64,000 nt of DNA from an uncultured Gammaproteobacteria bacterium (lineage in GTDB: Bacteria > Pseudomonadota > Gammaproteobacteria > Steroidobacterales > Rariloculaceae). Positions 9,988 to 18,710 of the stretch are shown piece after piece. Under the pieces are notes generated by a model. That model ran no database searches, had not been told where the DNA came from, and worked only from the letters and a program-made list of their open reading frames with translations. Made by a program: the position numbers and the translations under genes. Positions within the stretch are counted from its first letter, which is position 1. Each line of letters opens with the position of its first letter. Location: NCBI GenBank assembly GCA_964553875.1, contig CAZKNH010000001.1, positions 62,354 to 126,353 of the forward strand, in the 5' to 3' direction.

Positions 9988-10827
9988 TCAGTTTGCCCGC
10001 GGCGTGTCCTCGCTGCTTCGGAGCAGCTCTTCGAAGCGAACGATGTCTTCGTTGCTCTCGATGCACTCGTATTCGCGAATTCGCTCGTTCGGCCGCAGCC
10101 TGAAGATGTCGTACATGCGCCAGGGCTTCTCGAATACGATCGGATCGTCGATCACTGCTTCATAGAGGATCGTCTCGGCGGAATCGCGGGTGTATCGCTC
10201 GACGACGCGCATCGCCTCGCTGTGGTGCGTGCCCGTGCCGGCGAGCCACGTGTTGGCGTTGAAGCCGACGACCTCGACGACGAGCGTATCGCCTTCCCAT
10301 CGTCCGACGGAATCGCCGAGATAGGTCGGCTCGAGGTCTTCCGGGTGCGGACGGCCGTCCGTCGGAATGAGGCGGAACGCGTGATGCACCTCGTAAAGGA
10401 TGATCACGCGGTCCGGCAGCTGCACGATCTCGAACGGCAGCGGCCGGGTGTTGATGCGCGGAACGCCGCTCAGCAGGCAGCGTGCCATCGGATCGTCGAT
10501 GCCCTGACGGTCCAGGTACCTCCGCCGCAGCGCTTCGGCCTCGGGTTTGTAAGGCGGCGGCTCGGTCGCGGGCAGCGCGCGGCCTGCCGCGCGATCCGCC
10601 GCGCGCGCGGCCTGCAGCGCCTCGCTTCCTTCGAGCAGACCGAGCGCGCTCGTCGCGATCCAGATGCCGGAGAGGTCCGGGCGGCCGTCCGAGGTGCGCG
10701 GGACGTCGTCAGCGGAAGCATCGGATTGAGTCAGCCCCGCGAGCGGCATGCACGTCGACGCAATGACGACGAGCGTGCCCCGCAGCGCAGCGTTCGAGAC
10801 GCGATCGACGAATCGGACGAATCGCAT
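9988..10827 (-). CDS. secreted conserved hypothetical protein (partner of the DUF6152-like gene)
   Basis: Start trimmed to MRFVRFV..., which lies 8 nt after the upstream gene's stop. Hydrophobic leader present. The conserved-looking core PDLSGIWI...RCLLSGVPR...EIVQLPDRVIILYE...GDSVGRWEGDTLVVEV is one I remember from similar unnamed proteins. Confidence 0.6.
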   Translation of the reverse strand: MRFVRFVDRVSNAALRGTLVVIASTCMPLAGLTQSDASADDVPRTSDGRPDLSGIWIATSALGLLEGSEALQAARAADRAAGRALPATEPPPYKPEAEALRRRYLDRQGIDDPMARCLLSGVPRINTRPLPFEIVQLPDRVIILYEVHHAFRLIPTDGRPHPEDLEPTYLGDSVGRWEGDTLVVEVVGFNANTWLAGTGTHHSEAMRVVERYTRDSAETILYEAVIDDPIVFEKPWRMYDIFRLRPNERIREYECIESNEDIVRFEELLRSSEDTPRAN

Positions 10828-10835
10828 CGCGGCGC

Positions 10836-11237
10836 TCAGCGGCCGCCGATCGACGCGGGCGGCCCTGCCGTGAGCTCGCGCCCGTCGGCGAGTCGGACCG
10901 AGCGTACCGACCCGAGGTAAGGCTCCTTGCGTGCCTGCCATCCGGACACGGTCACCGTGTCGCCGGGCTTCAGCGTCTCGCCGCGCCGCCACCCTTGGCG
11001 CACGAGCATGTTCGGCGGGAAACCTTCGAAACGCCACTCGGCAACGGCGCCGTCCTCACCCTTCACCTCGAGCGTGAAATGAATGTGAGGATTGACCCAC
11101 TCGATGCTCGTGACGGTGCCCGTCAGCGTCACGGGCTTTTCGCTGTCGAAGATCGCGGCGAACGAATGATGGGCATTCGCGGCGCCGGCCGAGAGGAGCG
11201 CCGCCACGAAGACGAGACACGGCTGGTCGAGTCTCAA
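10836..11237 (-). CDS. DUF6152-like secreted protein
   Basis: 133 aa. The signal peptide ends AANAHHSFAAIFD. The pattern ...PVTLTGTVTSIEWVNPHIHF...W.FE matches what I remember for DUF6152. Confidence 0.6.
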   Translation of the reverse strand: MRLDQPCLVFVAALLSAGAANAHHSFAAIFDSEKPVTLTGTVTSIEWVNPHIHFTLEVKGEDGAVAEWRFEGFPPNMLVRQGWRRGETLKPGDTVTVSGWQARKEPYLGSVRSVRLADGRELTAGPPASIGGR

Positions 11238-11408
11238 CTGGTCCTCCCCTCCAAAAGGCTCGCGGCGGCCGTTCGAGTATGGTTCCGGCCGTGAGCATCG
11301 TTCAAGGAATAGTCAGCATAAGCCGCGGCTATGCCCGCGGGCGTCTCGCGGCGCGGATTCGCTTCCGAAACGACGCTTTGCGCCCGCGATCGTCGCGAGA
11401 CGAGGGGC

Positions 11409-12191
11409 TCAAACGTAGTAGCGGCCGAAGTAGTAGACGCTGAGTGAAATCCCTACCGCGATCACGACGCGCCGCAGCCAGACCGCGGACAGTCGATGCG
11501 CGATCCGGGCGCCGAGCACGCCGCCGAGCGCGGCGCCCGCGAGCGCAATCAGCGTGTGCGGCCAGGACACGAGTCCGCTGAACGCGAACACCCCGACGGC
11601 GACGCTAGTGATGATCGCTCCGAGCAGATTCTTCAGCGCGTTGTTCTCCGCGAGGTCGGTGATGCCGAGCATCAGCAGTCCCGCCATCAGGATCACGCCG
11701 AGGCCCGCCCCGAAGAAGCCGCCGTAGACCGAGAACAGGAAGAGGCACCCGTGCTGGAGCAATGCCGCGACGCTTGCACCGCCCGCGGCGGCGCGGGCGA
11801 CGAGCCGGTTGACGTGTTCCCCGTACGCGAAGAGCAGCGTTGCGGCGAGCAGCAGGAACGGAATCATCCGCGCGAACGCGTCGTCCTCGATGATGACCAG
11901 GAGCCACGCGCCGCAGATCCCGCCCGCGAACGCTGCGAGCGCGGCACCGGCGAGCCCCTTGCGCAGCGTGCGGAGCTCCTTGCGGTAACCGATCGCCGCG
12001 AACGCATGCCCCGGCCAGACGGCGATCGCGTTCGATGCGTTCGCGACGACCGGCGGCAGCCCTGCGCCGAGGAACGCCGGGAACGTGAAGAACGTGCCGC
12101 CGCCGGCGAGCGCGTTACAGACGCCGGCCACGAGGCCCGTCGCGACGAGCAAGAGCGCCGTATCCGGCCCGATTCCTGGGTAGCCTTCCAT
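11409..12191 (-). CDS. TauE/SafE family anion exporter (DUF81)
   Basis: 260 aa and polytopic. Motif GLVAGVCNALAGGGTFFTFPAFL...NASNAI, plus a repeated half of the same pattern. Confidence 0.85.
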   Translation of the reverse strand: MEGYPGIGPDTALLLVATGLVAGVCNALAGGGTFFTFPAFLGAGLPPVVANASNAIAVWPGHAFAAIGYRKELRTLRKGLAGAALAAFAGGICGAWLLVIIEDDAFARMIPFLLLAATLLFAYGEHVNRLVARAAAGGASVAALLQHGCLFLFSVYGGFFGAGLGVILMAGLLMLGITDLAENNALKNLLGAIITSVAVGVFAFSGLVSWPHTLIALAGAALGGVLGARIAHRLSAVWLRRVVIAVGISLSVYYFGRYYV

Positions 12192-12392
12192 CGCGCGCGG
12201 AAGGATACCGCAACGGGCGTCGTGTCCGGGGCGGATTCCGAGACAGGCTCGTGTTACCGGCTCGGACCGTTGTCGCAGCGCTCTCTCGGGGGTGCGAGCT
12301 TTGCGCGTTGGTTCGTCCTACAATGCAAGTGTGCGCTCGCCGGGTTCCCCGCCGTGGTCGGCGAGAGGTAGCTCCGGCGCGTCAGCGCACCG

Positions 12393-12764
12393 GTGCCGAT
12401 GGCTCGAAAATCGCGAATCCACGTCAAGCGCGTGTACGACGAGCCCGCGAAGACGGACGGAACGCGTGTGCTCGTCGATCGGATCTGGCCGCGTGGAATC
12501 CGGAAGGAAGAGGCCGCGATCGACGAGTGGCTCAAGGAGATCGCGCCGAGCACCGAGCTCCGCAAGTGGTTCGGCCACGCCGCCGAGCGCTGGGAGGAGT
12601 TCCGCAAACGCTACCAGGCCGAGCTCGCCGCGAACGAAGACGCGGTCGAGCGGCTCCTCGAGCTGTGCCGCAAGGGTGACGTGACGCTCGTCTACGCGGC
12701 GCGAGACGAGGAGCACAACAACGCCCGCGTCATCAAGGAGCTGCTCGAGCGGAGATTGCGCTGA
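12393..12764 (+). CDS. DUF488 (YeaO-like) protein
   Basis: Motifs KRVYD...DGTRVLVDRIWPRGIRKE...IDEWLKEIAPSTELRKWFGH....W.EFRKRY. Confidence 0.8.
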   Translation: MPMARKSRIHVKRVYDEPAKTDGTRVLVDRIWPRGIRKEEAAIDEWLKEIAPSTELRKWFGHAAERWEEFRKRYQAELAANEDAVERLLELCRKGDVTLVYAARDEEHNNARVIKELLERRLR

Positions 12765-12977
12765 TGCGCCGTGCCCTGGTTTGCCGCTGAGTTGCCGCGC
12801 CCTAGATCGCGCAGAGTCGCCTGCCCTCGTCGTCGCTCGCGCCGTGCGGAGCGGTAGACATCGTGCGACGACGCGCACTAATCTCGGACTCGAGCTCGGC
12901 CGGCCGCCGCCGGATCGACCGGTCCGGCGGCGCAATCGTCGAGAGAACCGTCACCTTCGCGCATCCGAGGGGTTCCG

Positions 12978-13511
12978 ATGGCCCGTTTCGTCCTGAACGT
13001 CGACGGCGAGCGTCACGAGGTCGAGTCCGACCCGGACATGCCGCTGCTCTACGCGCTCCGCAACGATTTGGCGCTCAAAGGCCCGAAGTTCGGCTGCGGG
13101 CTCGCGCAGTGCGGCGCATGCACCGTGATCATCGACGGCAACGCAACGCGCTCGTGCGTGATACCGATCTCGGCCGTAGAAGGCGCGTCGATCCGTACGC
13201 TCGACGGGCTCGGCACCGCCGAGCGGCCGCATCCGGTCCAGGCGGCCTTCATCGAAGAGGAAGCCGCGCAGTGCGGCTACTGCACGAACGGCTGGATCAT
13301 GACGGCCGTCGCGGGGCTCGAGCGTAACCCGAATCCCACCGACCGCGAGATCCGCGAGATGCTCGCGGGGCTCAAGTGTCGATGCGGAACGCATATGGCG
13401 ATCCTGCGCGCGGTGCGCCGAGCGGCGAACATGCTGGCCGCGGAGCAGTCGGCGGGCGCGCGAAGCGACGGGCTCGGCCCGGTGAGGTCCACAGGGGAGG
13501 GCAGCGCATGA
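12978..13511 (+). CDS. (2Fe-2S)-binding small subunit of a molybdopterin hydroxylase (IorA / aldehyde oxidoreductase type)
   Basis: Motifs GCGLAQCGACTVIIDG and QCGYCTNGWIM..., plus CRCGTH. Confidence 0.9.
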   Translation: MARFVLNVDGERHEVESDPDMPLLYALRNDLALKGPKFGCGLAQCGACTVIIDGNATRSCVIPISAVEGASIRTLDGLGTAERPHPVQAAFIEEEAAQCGYCTNGWIMTAVAGLERNPNPTDREIREMLAGLKCRCGTHMAILRAVRRAANMLAAEQSAGARSDGLGPVRSTGEGSA

Positions 13512-15850
13512 GCCGGGTCGACGTGAACACGCCGGCTGCCGCCGAAGCGCCGACGCAGATCCGAGCGAACGCCGGCATTGCGGGGAGGAGCATCGACCGC
13601 CGCAGCGTCCTGAAAGGCGGCGCGGCCCTCGTGTTCGCGCTCGGGACGGGCGGAGGCTTGAGCATCCTGCCGATCCGCTCCGCCGACGCGCAGAGTCGCT
13701 GGGCCGCGGCGCGCGAGACGGATCCGACGCGGCTCGACACGTGGATCGCGATCGCCGAGTCCGGCGACGTCACCGCGTTCTTCGGCAAGATGGACATGGG
13801 GCAGGGCGTCGACACGGCGATCGCGCAGGTCGTCGCGGAGGAGCTCGACGTCGACGTCGATCGCGTCAGCGTCGTGATGGGCGACACGCACCTCACGCCG
13901 AACCAGGGCGGCGCGAGCGGCTCGAGCGGTTGCCGCCTCGGCTCGATCCCGCTCCGCAATGCTGCGGCCGAAGCGCGCCGCGTGCTCGTCGAGCGCGCGA
14001 GCGAGAAGCTCGGCGTGCCGGTCGAGCGGTTGCGCACGCAAAGCGGCGCCGTGCTCGTCGCGGACGATTCGAGCAGGCGCGTGACGTACGCCGAGCTGAT
14101 CGCGGACGGGTTCGAGCGCGAGCTCGACTGGAACGGGCAATACGGTAATGGGCTCCTCGTCGAGAGCGGCGCGCCGAGGAAGTCGCCGCGGGAGTATCGC
14201 GTCGTCGGCACGTCGGTGGCGCGCAAGGACATTCCGGGCAAGGTCCTCGCGACGACGGAGTTTTGCCACCACGTGACGCTGCCCGGGATGCTGCACGGAC
14301 GCACGGTACGGCCGCCCGTCGCGAACGCGGTCCCGGTCGCGGTCGACGAGCGGTCGATCGCGCACATTCCGGGCGTACGCGTCGTGCACGTCGGCGATTT
14401 CGTCGCGGTCGTCGCCGAGCAGGAGTGGCATGCGATCAAGGCGGCGCGTGAGCTCGCGGTCACGTGGAGCGAGACCGAGCCGCCGTTCCCCGGGATGGAG
14501 GCGCTTTACGATCACATTCGCGCTGCGCCCGTCGTCGCCGACAACTCGGTCGCGAACTTCGGTCCGCGCAGACCTTACGATCCGCAGCCGACGCTCGACG
14601 CGATCGCGGCGTCGGCCGTCGCGCTCGAGGCCGAGTACGAGCTGCCGTTCCAGTCGCATGCGCGTATGGCGCCTTCGGTCGGCGTCGCCGACGTGCGGGA
14701 AGACGAGGCGCTCGTCTTCTCGGACACGCAGAAGCCGCACGACACGCGGAACGGCATCGCGAAGCTCTTAGGGCTCCCGCCCGAGCGCGTGCGCGTCGTC
14801 TGGCGGCCGGGCTCGGGCTCGTACGGTCGCAGCGACGCGGACGAAGCCGCGTTCGAGGCCGCCGTTTTGTCGCGCGAGGTCGGACGGCCGGTCCGGGTGC
14901 AGTGGATGCGCGACGAGGGACACGCGTGGGATCCGAAGGCGCCGGCCGCGGTGATCACGTGCAAGGCGGGACTCGATGCCGCCGGCAAGCTGACCGCGTG
15001 GTACTTCCGCGCGAAGGGCTTTTCGGGTTGGGACGTGATGTTCAACGCGTCCGATCCGAAAGACACGCTCGTCGGGCAGCTCCTCGGCTGGACCAAGGGC
15101 GATGCGCACAATTTCGGCGTGCCCGGCGAATCGTACGCGTTCCCGAACGCCGTGAAGTTCTGGGAGACGATTCCGCCGCTGATGGACCGTGCGTCGCCGC
15201 TCCGCTGCGCGCACATGCGCGCGCCGCAGGAGCCGCAGCTCCACTTCGCGCAGGAGTGCTTCCTCGACGAGGTCGCGGCGCACGCCGGCGTCGATCCGAT
15301 CGAGCTCAGGCTTTCGCTCCTGACGGACGAGCGGGAGATCGCGGTGCTCCGCGCGGTGAAGGAGCTTTCCGGTTGGGAAACGCGGCCGTCGCCGCGGAGG
15401 AACGTCGGCGGCGACGTCGTGACCGGACGCGGCGTCGCGATCAACAGCGGGTTCGGCGCGCATGTCGCCACGGTCTGCGAGGTCGAGGTCGACCGGCGCA
15501 CCGGCCGGATCTGGGCGAAGCGATTCTTCGTCGCACACGACTGCGGCCTCGTGATCAACCCGAAGGGGCTCGTCGCGACGATCGAGGGCAACATCGTGCA
15601 GGGCGTGAGCCGCACGTTCGAGGAGGTGCGCTTCGACGAGCGCGCCGTGCGGAGCGTCGACTGGGCGACCTATCCGATCCTCGACGTGATGGACGCACCC
15701 GAAAGCATCGAGGTCGTCACGATCGACCGGCCCGAGCTTCCGCCGGGCGGCGCCGGCGAGCCCGCGCACGTCACGGTGCCGGCCGCGATCGCGAACGCGG
15801 TGTTCGACGCGACCGGCATGCGGCTTCGCCGCATCCCGCTGAAATTGTGA
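13508..15850 (+). CDS. molybdopterin-binding large subunit (IorB type) with Tat signal
   Basis: The ATG overlaps the small-subunit stop (ATGA). Tat motif RSIDRRSVLKGGAALV. Xanthine-dehydrogenase-family blocks GKMDMGQGVDTAIAQVVAEEL and SGSYGR are present. Confidence 0.9.
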   Translation: MSRVDVNTPAAAEAPTQIRANAGIAGRSIDRRSVLKGGAALVFALGTGGGLSILPIRSADAQSRWAAARETDPTRLDTWIAIAESGDVTAFFGKMDMGQGVDTAIAQVVAEELDVDVDRVSVVMGDTHLTPNQGGASGSSGCRLGSIPLRNAAAEARRVLVERASEKLGVPVERLRTQSGAVLVADDSSRRVTYAELIADGFERELDWNGQYGNGLLVESGAPRKSPREYRVVGTSVARKDIPGKVLATTEFCHHVTLPGMLHGRTVRPPVANAVPVAVDERSIAHIPGVRVVHVGDFVAVVAEQEWHAIKAARELAVTWSETEPPFPGMEALYDHIRAAPVVADNSVANFGPRRPYDPQPTLDAIAASAVALEAEYELPFQSHARMAPSVGVADVREDEALVFSDTQKPHDTRNGIAKLLGLPPERVRVVWRPGSGSYGRSDADEAAFEAAVLSREVGRPVRVQWMRDEGHAWDPKAPAAVITCKAGLDAAGKLTAWYFRAKGFSGWDVMFNASDPKDTLVGQLLGWTKGDAHNFGVPGESYAFPNAVKFWETIPPLMDRASPLRCAHMRAPQEPQLHFAQECFLDEVAAHAGVDPIELRLSLLTDEREIAVLRAVKELSGWETRPSPRRNVGGDVVTGRGVAINSGFGAHVATVCEVEVDRRTGRIWAKRFFVAHDCGLVINPKGLVATIEGNIVQGVSRTFEEVRFDERAVRSVDWATYPILDVMDAPESIEVVTIDRPELPPGGAGEPAHVTVPAAIANAVFDATGMRLRRIPLKL

Positions 15851-16021
15851 AATCGGGGTCAGACCCCGATTTAAGAAAATCGGGGTCAGAGCCGGTTTTC
15901 TCCCGCAGAAGAACTCGGCTCTGACCCGAGACCAGGGCAATCGGGTTCGGAAATCGGGCTCCGACCCCGATTTTCCAGGATTTCCGCTCGGGGAAATCGG
16001 GGTCTGACCCCGATTTTCCAG
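15850..16021. repeat. cluster of five REP-like palindromic units
   Basis: Perfect 23-mers AAATCGGGGTC-A-GACCCCGATTT (15850-15872) and AAATCGGGGTC-T-GACCCCGATTT (15994-16016). Degenerate copies lie at 15876-15899, 15914-15930 and 15951-15973. The last two units share the tail CCCCGATTTTCCAG. Confidence 0.75.
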
Positions 16022-16087
16022 CTTGTCGATTTTTGCCTCCGCTCGACGACTAAGGTCGCAATGTCCATTCGGAACAGGAGGCATGTC

Positions 16088-16570
16088 ATGATCGAGACGC
16101 CGCGTATCACCGAGCTCGAAGCCGCGCCGATAGCGGTCATTCACCTCAAAATTCCGCGCGAGCAGATGCCGCAAGTCTTCGGTCCCGCGATCGCGGAAAT
16201 CATGTCAACGCTGGGCGCGCAGGGCATCACACCGACGGGGCCCGTCTTCGCGCATCACTTCGGCATGGAGCCCGGCATCTTCGACTTCGAGGTCGGCGTG
16301 CCGGTCTCGAAGCCGGTCACCGCGGCCGGCCGAGTGAAGCCCGGTCAGCGACCAAGAGTCCGAGTCGCGCAGACCGTTTATCACGGCCCGTACGAGGGTC
16401 TGCCGGAAGCGTGGGGCAAGTTCCATTCGTGGATAGAAGAGAACGGCCACGCGTACGCGCCGGATATCTGGGAGTGCTATGTCGACGGCCCGCACTCGAC
16501 GTCGGATCCGAGCAAATACAGGACGGAGCTCAACCGGCCGCTCGCCGACGGAGCGGGCGGCGGCCGTTGA
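16088..16570 (+). CDS. GyrI-like small-molecule-binding domain protein
   Basis: Start trimmed to MIETPRI, with AGGAGG 7 nt upstream. The pattern ...AVIHLKIPREQM...GPVFAHHF.......FDFEVGVPV......V..GPYEGL..AW..F..WI is typical of AraC-effector/GyrI-like domains. Confidence 0.65.
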   Translation: MIETPRITELEAAPIAVIHLKIPREQMPQVFGPAIAEIMSTLGAQGITPTGPVFAHHFGMEPGIFDFEVGVPVSKPVTAAGRVKPGQRPRVRVAQTVYHGPYEGLPEAWGKFHSWIEENGHAYAPDIWECYVDGPHSTSDPSKYRTELNRPLADGAGGGR

Positions 16571-16579
16571 GCGATGCCG

Positions 16580-16990
16580 TCACGGCGCGGCCGGAGTCAT
16601 TCCGGCCCGCGCACGGCGCATGCCGATGAACTGAACCTCGGCAATGACGGCGACAGCGAGTGCCTGCGCGACGACGAATGCCGTCCCGAGCGCGTTCGGG
16701 TCGAGCCATCCGACCCAGAGTGCGAGCAGGCTCTCGATCGCCCAGAGCGCGTTCAGCACGATCACCGCGATCACGCCGGCGGAGGAAAACACCGTGCGAC
16801 GCGCGAGATGACCGACGCCCGCGGCGAAGACGAGCAGCACGGCACCTGCTGCGCGCAGGACGACCGACGGGATTACGAAAAGCTCGCCGAGCGTGCTTCC
16901 CGCGATCAACAGCACGCTGCCCATCAGCAGGCAAGTGATTGCGTCGAACGCGAGAACGACGCGCAGCAGCTTTGCATGATTTCCGTTCAT
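16580..16990 (-). CDS. hypothetical four-TM membrane protein
   Basis: Start MNGNHAKLL, with AGGAGG upstream. Four hydrophobic helices. Divergent from the regulator gene. Confidence 0.55.
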   Translation of the reverse strand: MNGNHAKLLRVVLAFDAITCLLMGSVLLIAGSTLGELFVIPSVVLRAAGAVLLVFAAGVGHLARRTVFSSAGVIAVIVLNALWAIESLLALWVGWLDPNALGTAFVVAQALAVAVIAEVQFIGMRRARAGMTPAAP

Positions 16991-17127
16991 CCAATACCTC
17001 CTTGGTCCCACCGGACCCCCGTTGCATTGCCGTGTCGGCGACCGCTGCATTGCAAGCGACCGCTGAACGCGAGTCGATAACCTCGGAGGTAATGGCGGCG
17101 ATACCGCGTGCCGCTATCATCCGAACG

Positions 17128-17922
17128 ATGATCACGGATCGAGTTACACCGCCGGTCGGTCAGCTGCTGAAAGAGTGGCGGACGCGCCGGCGCTTGAGCC
17201 AGCTCAAGCTCGCGCTCGAAGCAGGGACATCACCGCGGCACTTGAGCTTCATAGAGACCGGTCGCTCCACGCCGAGCCGCGAGATGCTGCTGCGCCTTGT
17301 GGAACGTCTCGACGTGCCGCTTCGCGAGCGTAACACGCTGCTCGTTGCCGCAGGCTATGCGCCGCGCTTTCCGGAACGACGCATCGACGACGATACGCTC
17401 TCGGCGGCGCGACGCGTCGTCGAGCTCGTGCTCAAGGGTCACGAGCCGTTCCCGGCGCTCGTCGTCGATCGGCACTGGAACCTCGTCGCACGGAACGACG
17501 CCGTCGCCCCCCTTCTTGCCGGCGTCGACCCCGCGCTGCTCGAACCGCCGATCAACGTCCTGAAGCTGAGCCTCGATCCGCGGGGGCTCGCACCGAGAAT
17601 CGTGAATCTCTCGGAGTGGAGAGAGCACCTGCTCGATCGGCTGCGGAAGCAGATAGACGCGACGGGCGACACGATTCTCGCGGCGCTGCTTCATGAGCTC
17701 GAGGGCTACCCGGCGCCGCAGGACGCCGATCACCGAAGCACGATTGCCCAGTACGGCGGCATCGCGGTGCCGCTGCGGCTTGCCGTCGAGGGCGGGGAGC
17801 TCGCGTTCTACGGCACTACGACGGTGTTCGGCACGCCGCTCGACGTCACGCTGTCGGAGCTCGCGATCGAGGCGTTTTTCCCGGCGGACGAGCGAACTGC
17901 TGCCATGCTGCGGAAGAGATGA
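17128..17922 (+). CDS. MmyB-like helix-turn-helix (XRE-family) transcriptional regulator
   Basis: HTH region LLKEWRTRRRLSQLKLALEAGTSPRHLSFIETGRSTPSREMLLRL. MmyB-like C-terminal domain (HEPFPALVVDRHWNLVARN). The start may be the ATG at 17092. Confidence 0.8.
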   Translation: MITDRVTPPVGQLLKEWRTRRRLSQLKLALEAGTSPRHLSFIETGRSTPSREMLLRLVERLDVPLRERNTLLVAAGYAPRFPERRIDDDTLSAARRVVELVLKGHEPFPALVVDRHWNLVARNDAVAPLLAGVDPALLEPPINVLKLSLDPRGLAPRIVNLSEWREHLLDRLRKQIDATGDTILAALLHELEGYPAPQDADHRSTIAQYGGIAVPLRLAVEGGELAFYGTTTVFGTPLDVTLSELAIEAFFPADERTAAMLRKR

Positions 17923-18067
17923 GCGGCGCAGTGCGCGAGATCCAGCGGATGTGAGAACTACTCGGTTGAGACGTTGCCAGTGCACCTCGGATCGTCGGCC
18001 AACTCTGCGTACACCGAGTGAGTTCCAGCCAGCGGTGCGCGGAAAGTGACAGGGTGATGTGCGTTAC

Positions 18068-18096
18068 TGGACGTGCGCAGGAAAGCCCCATATATA
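18068..18096 (+). promoter_or_regulatory. candidate sigma70 promoter for the DUF3592-like gene
   Basis: TGGACG-N17-TATATA sits inside the AT-rich palindrome CATATATATG, about 60 nt upstream of the GTG at 18156. Confidence 0.2.
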
Positions 18097-18155
18097 TGCG
18101 ACCCGAACCATCCAGGTGAGCGCAGAAGAACAAGACGCCGGAGGCTGCCGAGATC

Positions 18156-18617
18156 GTGTCTCTCGTCGAACGGATCGTTCCGCCGCTTATCGGGCTCCTC
18201 GCCTTCGGAGTGCCGACCGGGTACCTCGTCTGGCAAGTCTGGCTCGCGCGTCGCAGCGCAAACTGGCCCTCGACGACGGGGCGGATTCTGCACGCCGAGC
18301 CTTACCGCGGGTGGGTTCCGATGCCGAGATCGTCGTACGTTATACCCACCGTCCTGTACGAGTACCGTGTGGACGGCCGCAGGTACACGGGCACTCGCGT
18401 GACGTTCGGCGGGTGGCTGAACGCCAGCATAAGTGCCGGGAACCGCGTCCTGGCTCGGTACCGAACGGGCATGCCGGTCTCGGTCCGCTACGATCCGCGC
18501 AAGCCGAGCCGCTGCACCCTGGAGCGTCGTGTTTCTGGAATCGTATGGCTGTTCCTTGGCATCGGCGTTTTCTTGACGTCGAGTGTCTTCGGAGCGCTGA
18601 TGGGGTGGTGGGAGTAG
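18156..18617 (+). CDS. DUF3592-like membrane protein
   Basis: GTG start with GGAGG upstream. The architecture is TM, then a beta-rich core (W..T.G.I......Y.Y.V.G..Y.G), then a C-terminal TM, as I remember for DUF3592. Confidence 0.65.
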   Translation: MSLVERIVPPLIGLLAFGVPTGYLVWQVWLARRSANWPSTTGRILHAEPYRGWVPMPRSSYVIPTVLYEYRVDGRRYTGTRVTFGGWLNASISAGNRVLARYRTGMPVSVRYDPRKPSRCTLERRVSGIVWLFLGIGVFLTSSVFGALMGWWE

Positions 18618-18710
18618 CACTAGACTCCTCGGCAGACGAGCCGACTGCCGCGGCACTGCGGAAGACGTAAGGTGCGGCGCCGAGCGTCATGGGATGCCGC
18701 GAGCAAGATG

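Noticed and set aside
6913-12889. A shared 12-mer, CTAATCTCGGAC, in two intergenic regions (6913-6924 and 12878-12889), as a possible regulatory motif.
   Set aside because: Many chance 12-mer coincidences are expected within 64 kb, and there is no extended similarity around the match.
15851-16060. Small ORFs across the REP cluster (peptides with repeated GSEPDF/KSGSEP).
   Set aside because: The amino-acid repeats simply mirror the nucleotide palindromes. There are no start or Shine-Dalgarno signals.
17923-18155. A tRNA gene or att-like direct repeats marking the island boundaries.
   Set aside because: There is no tRNA-like sequence (no T-arm GGTTCGAATCC-type motif). I found no repeat shared between 17923-18155 and 22087-22535.
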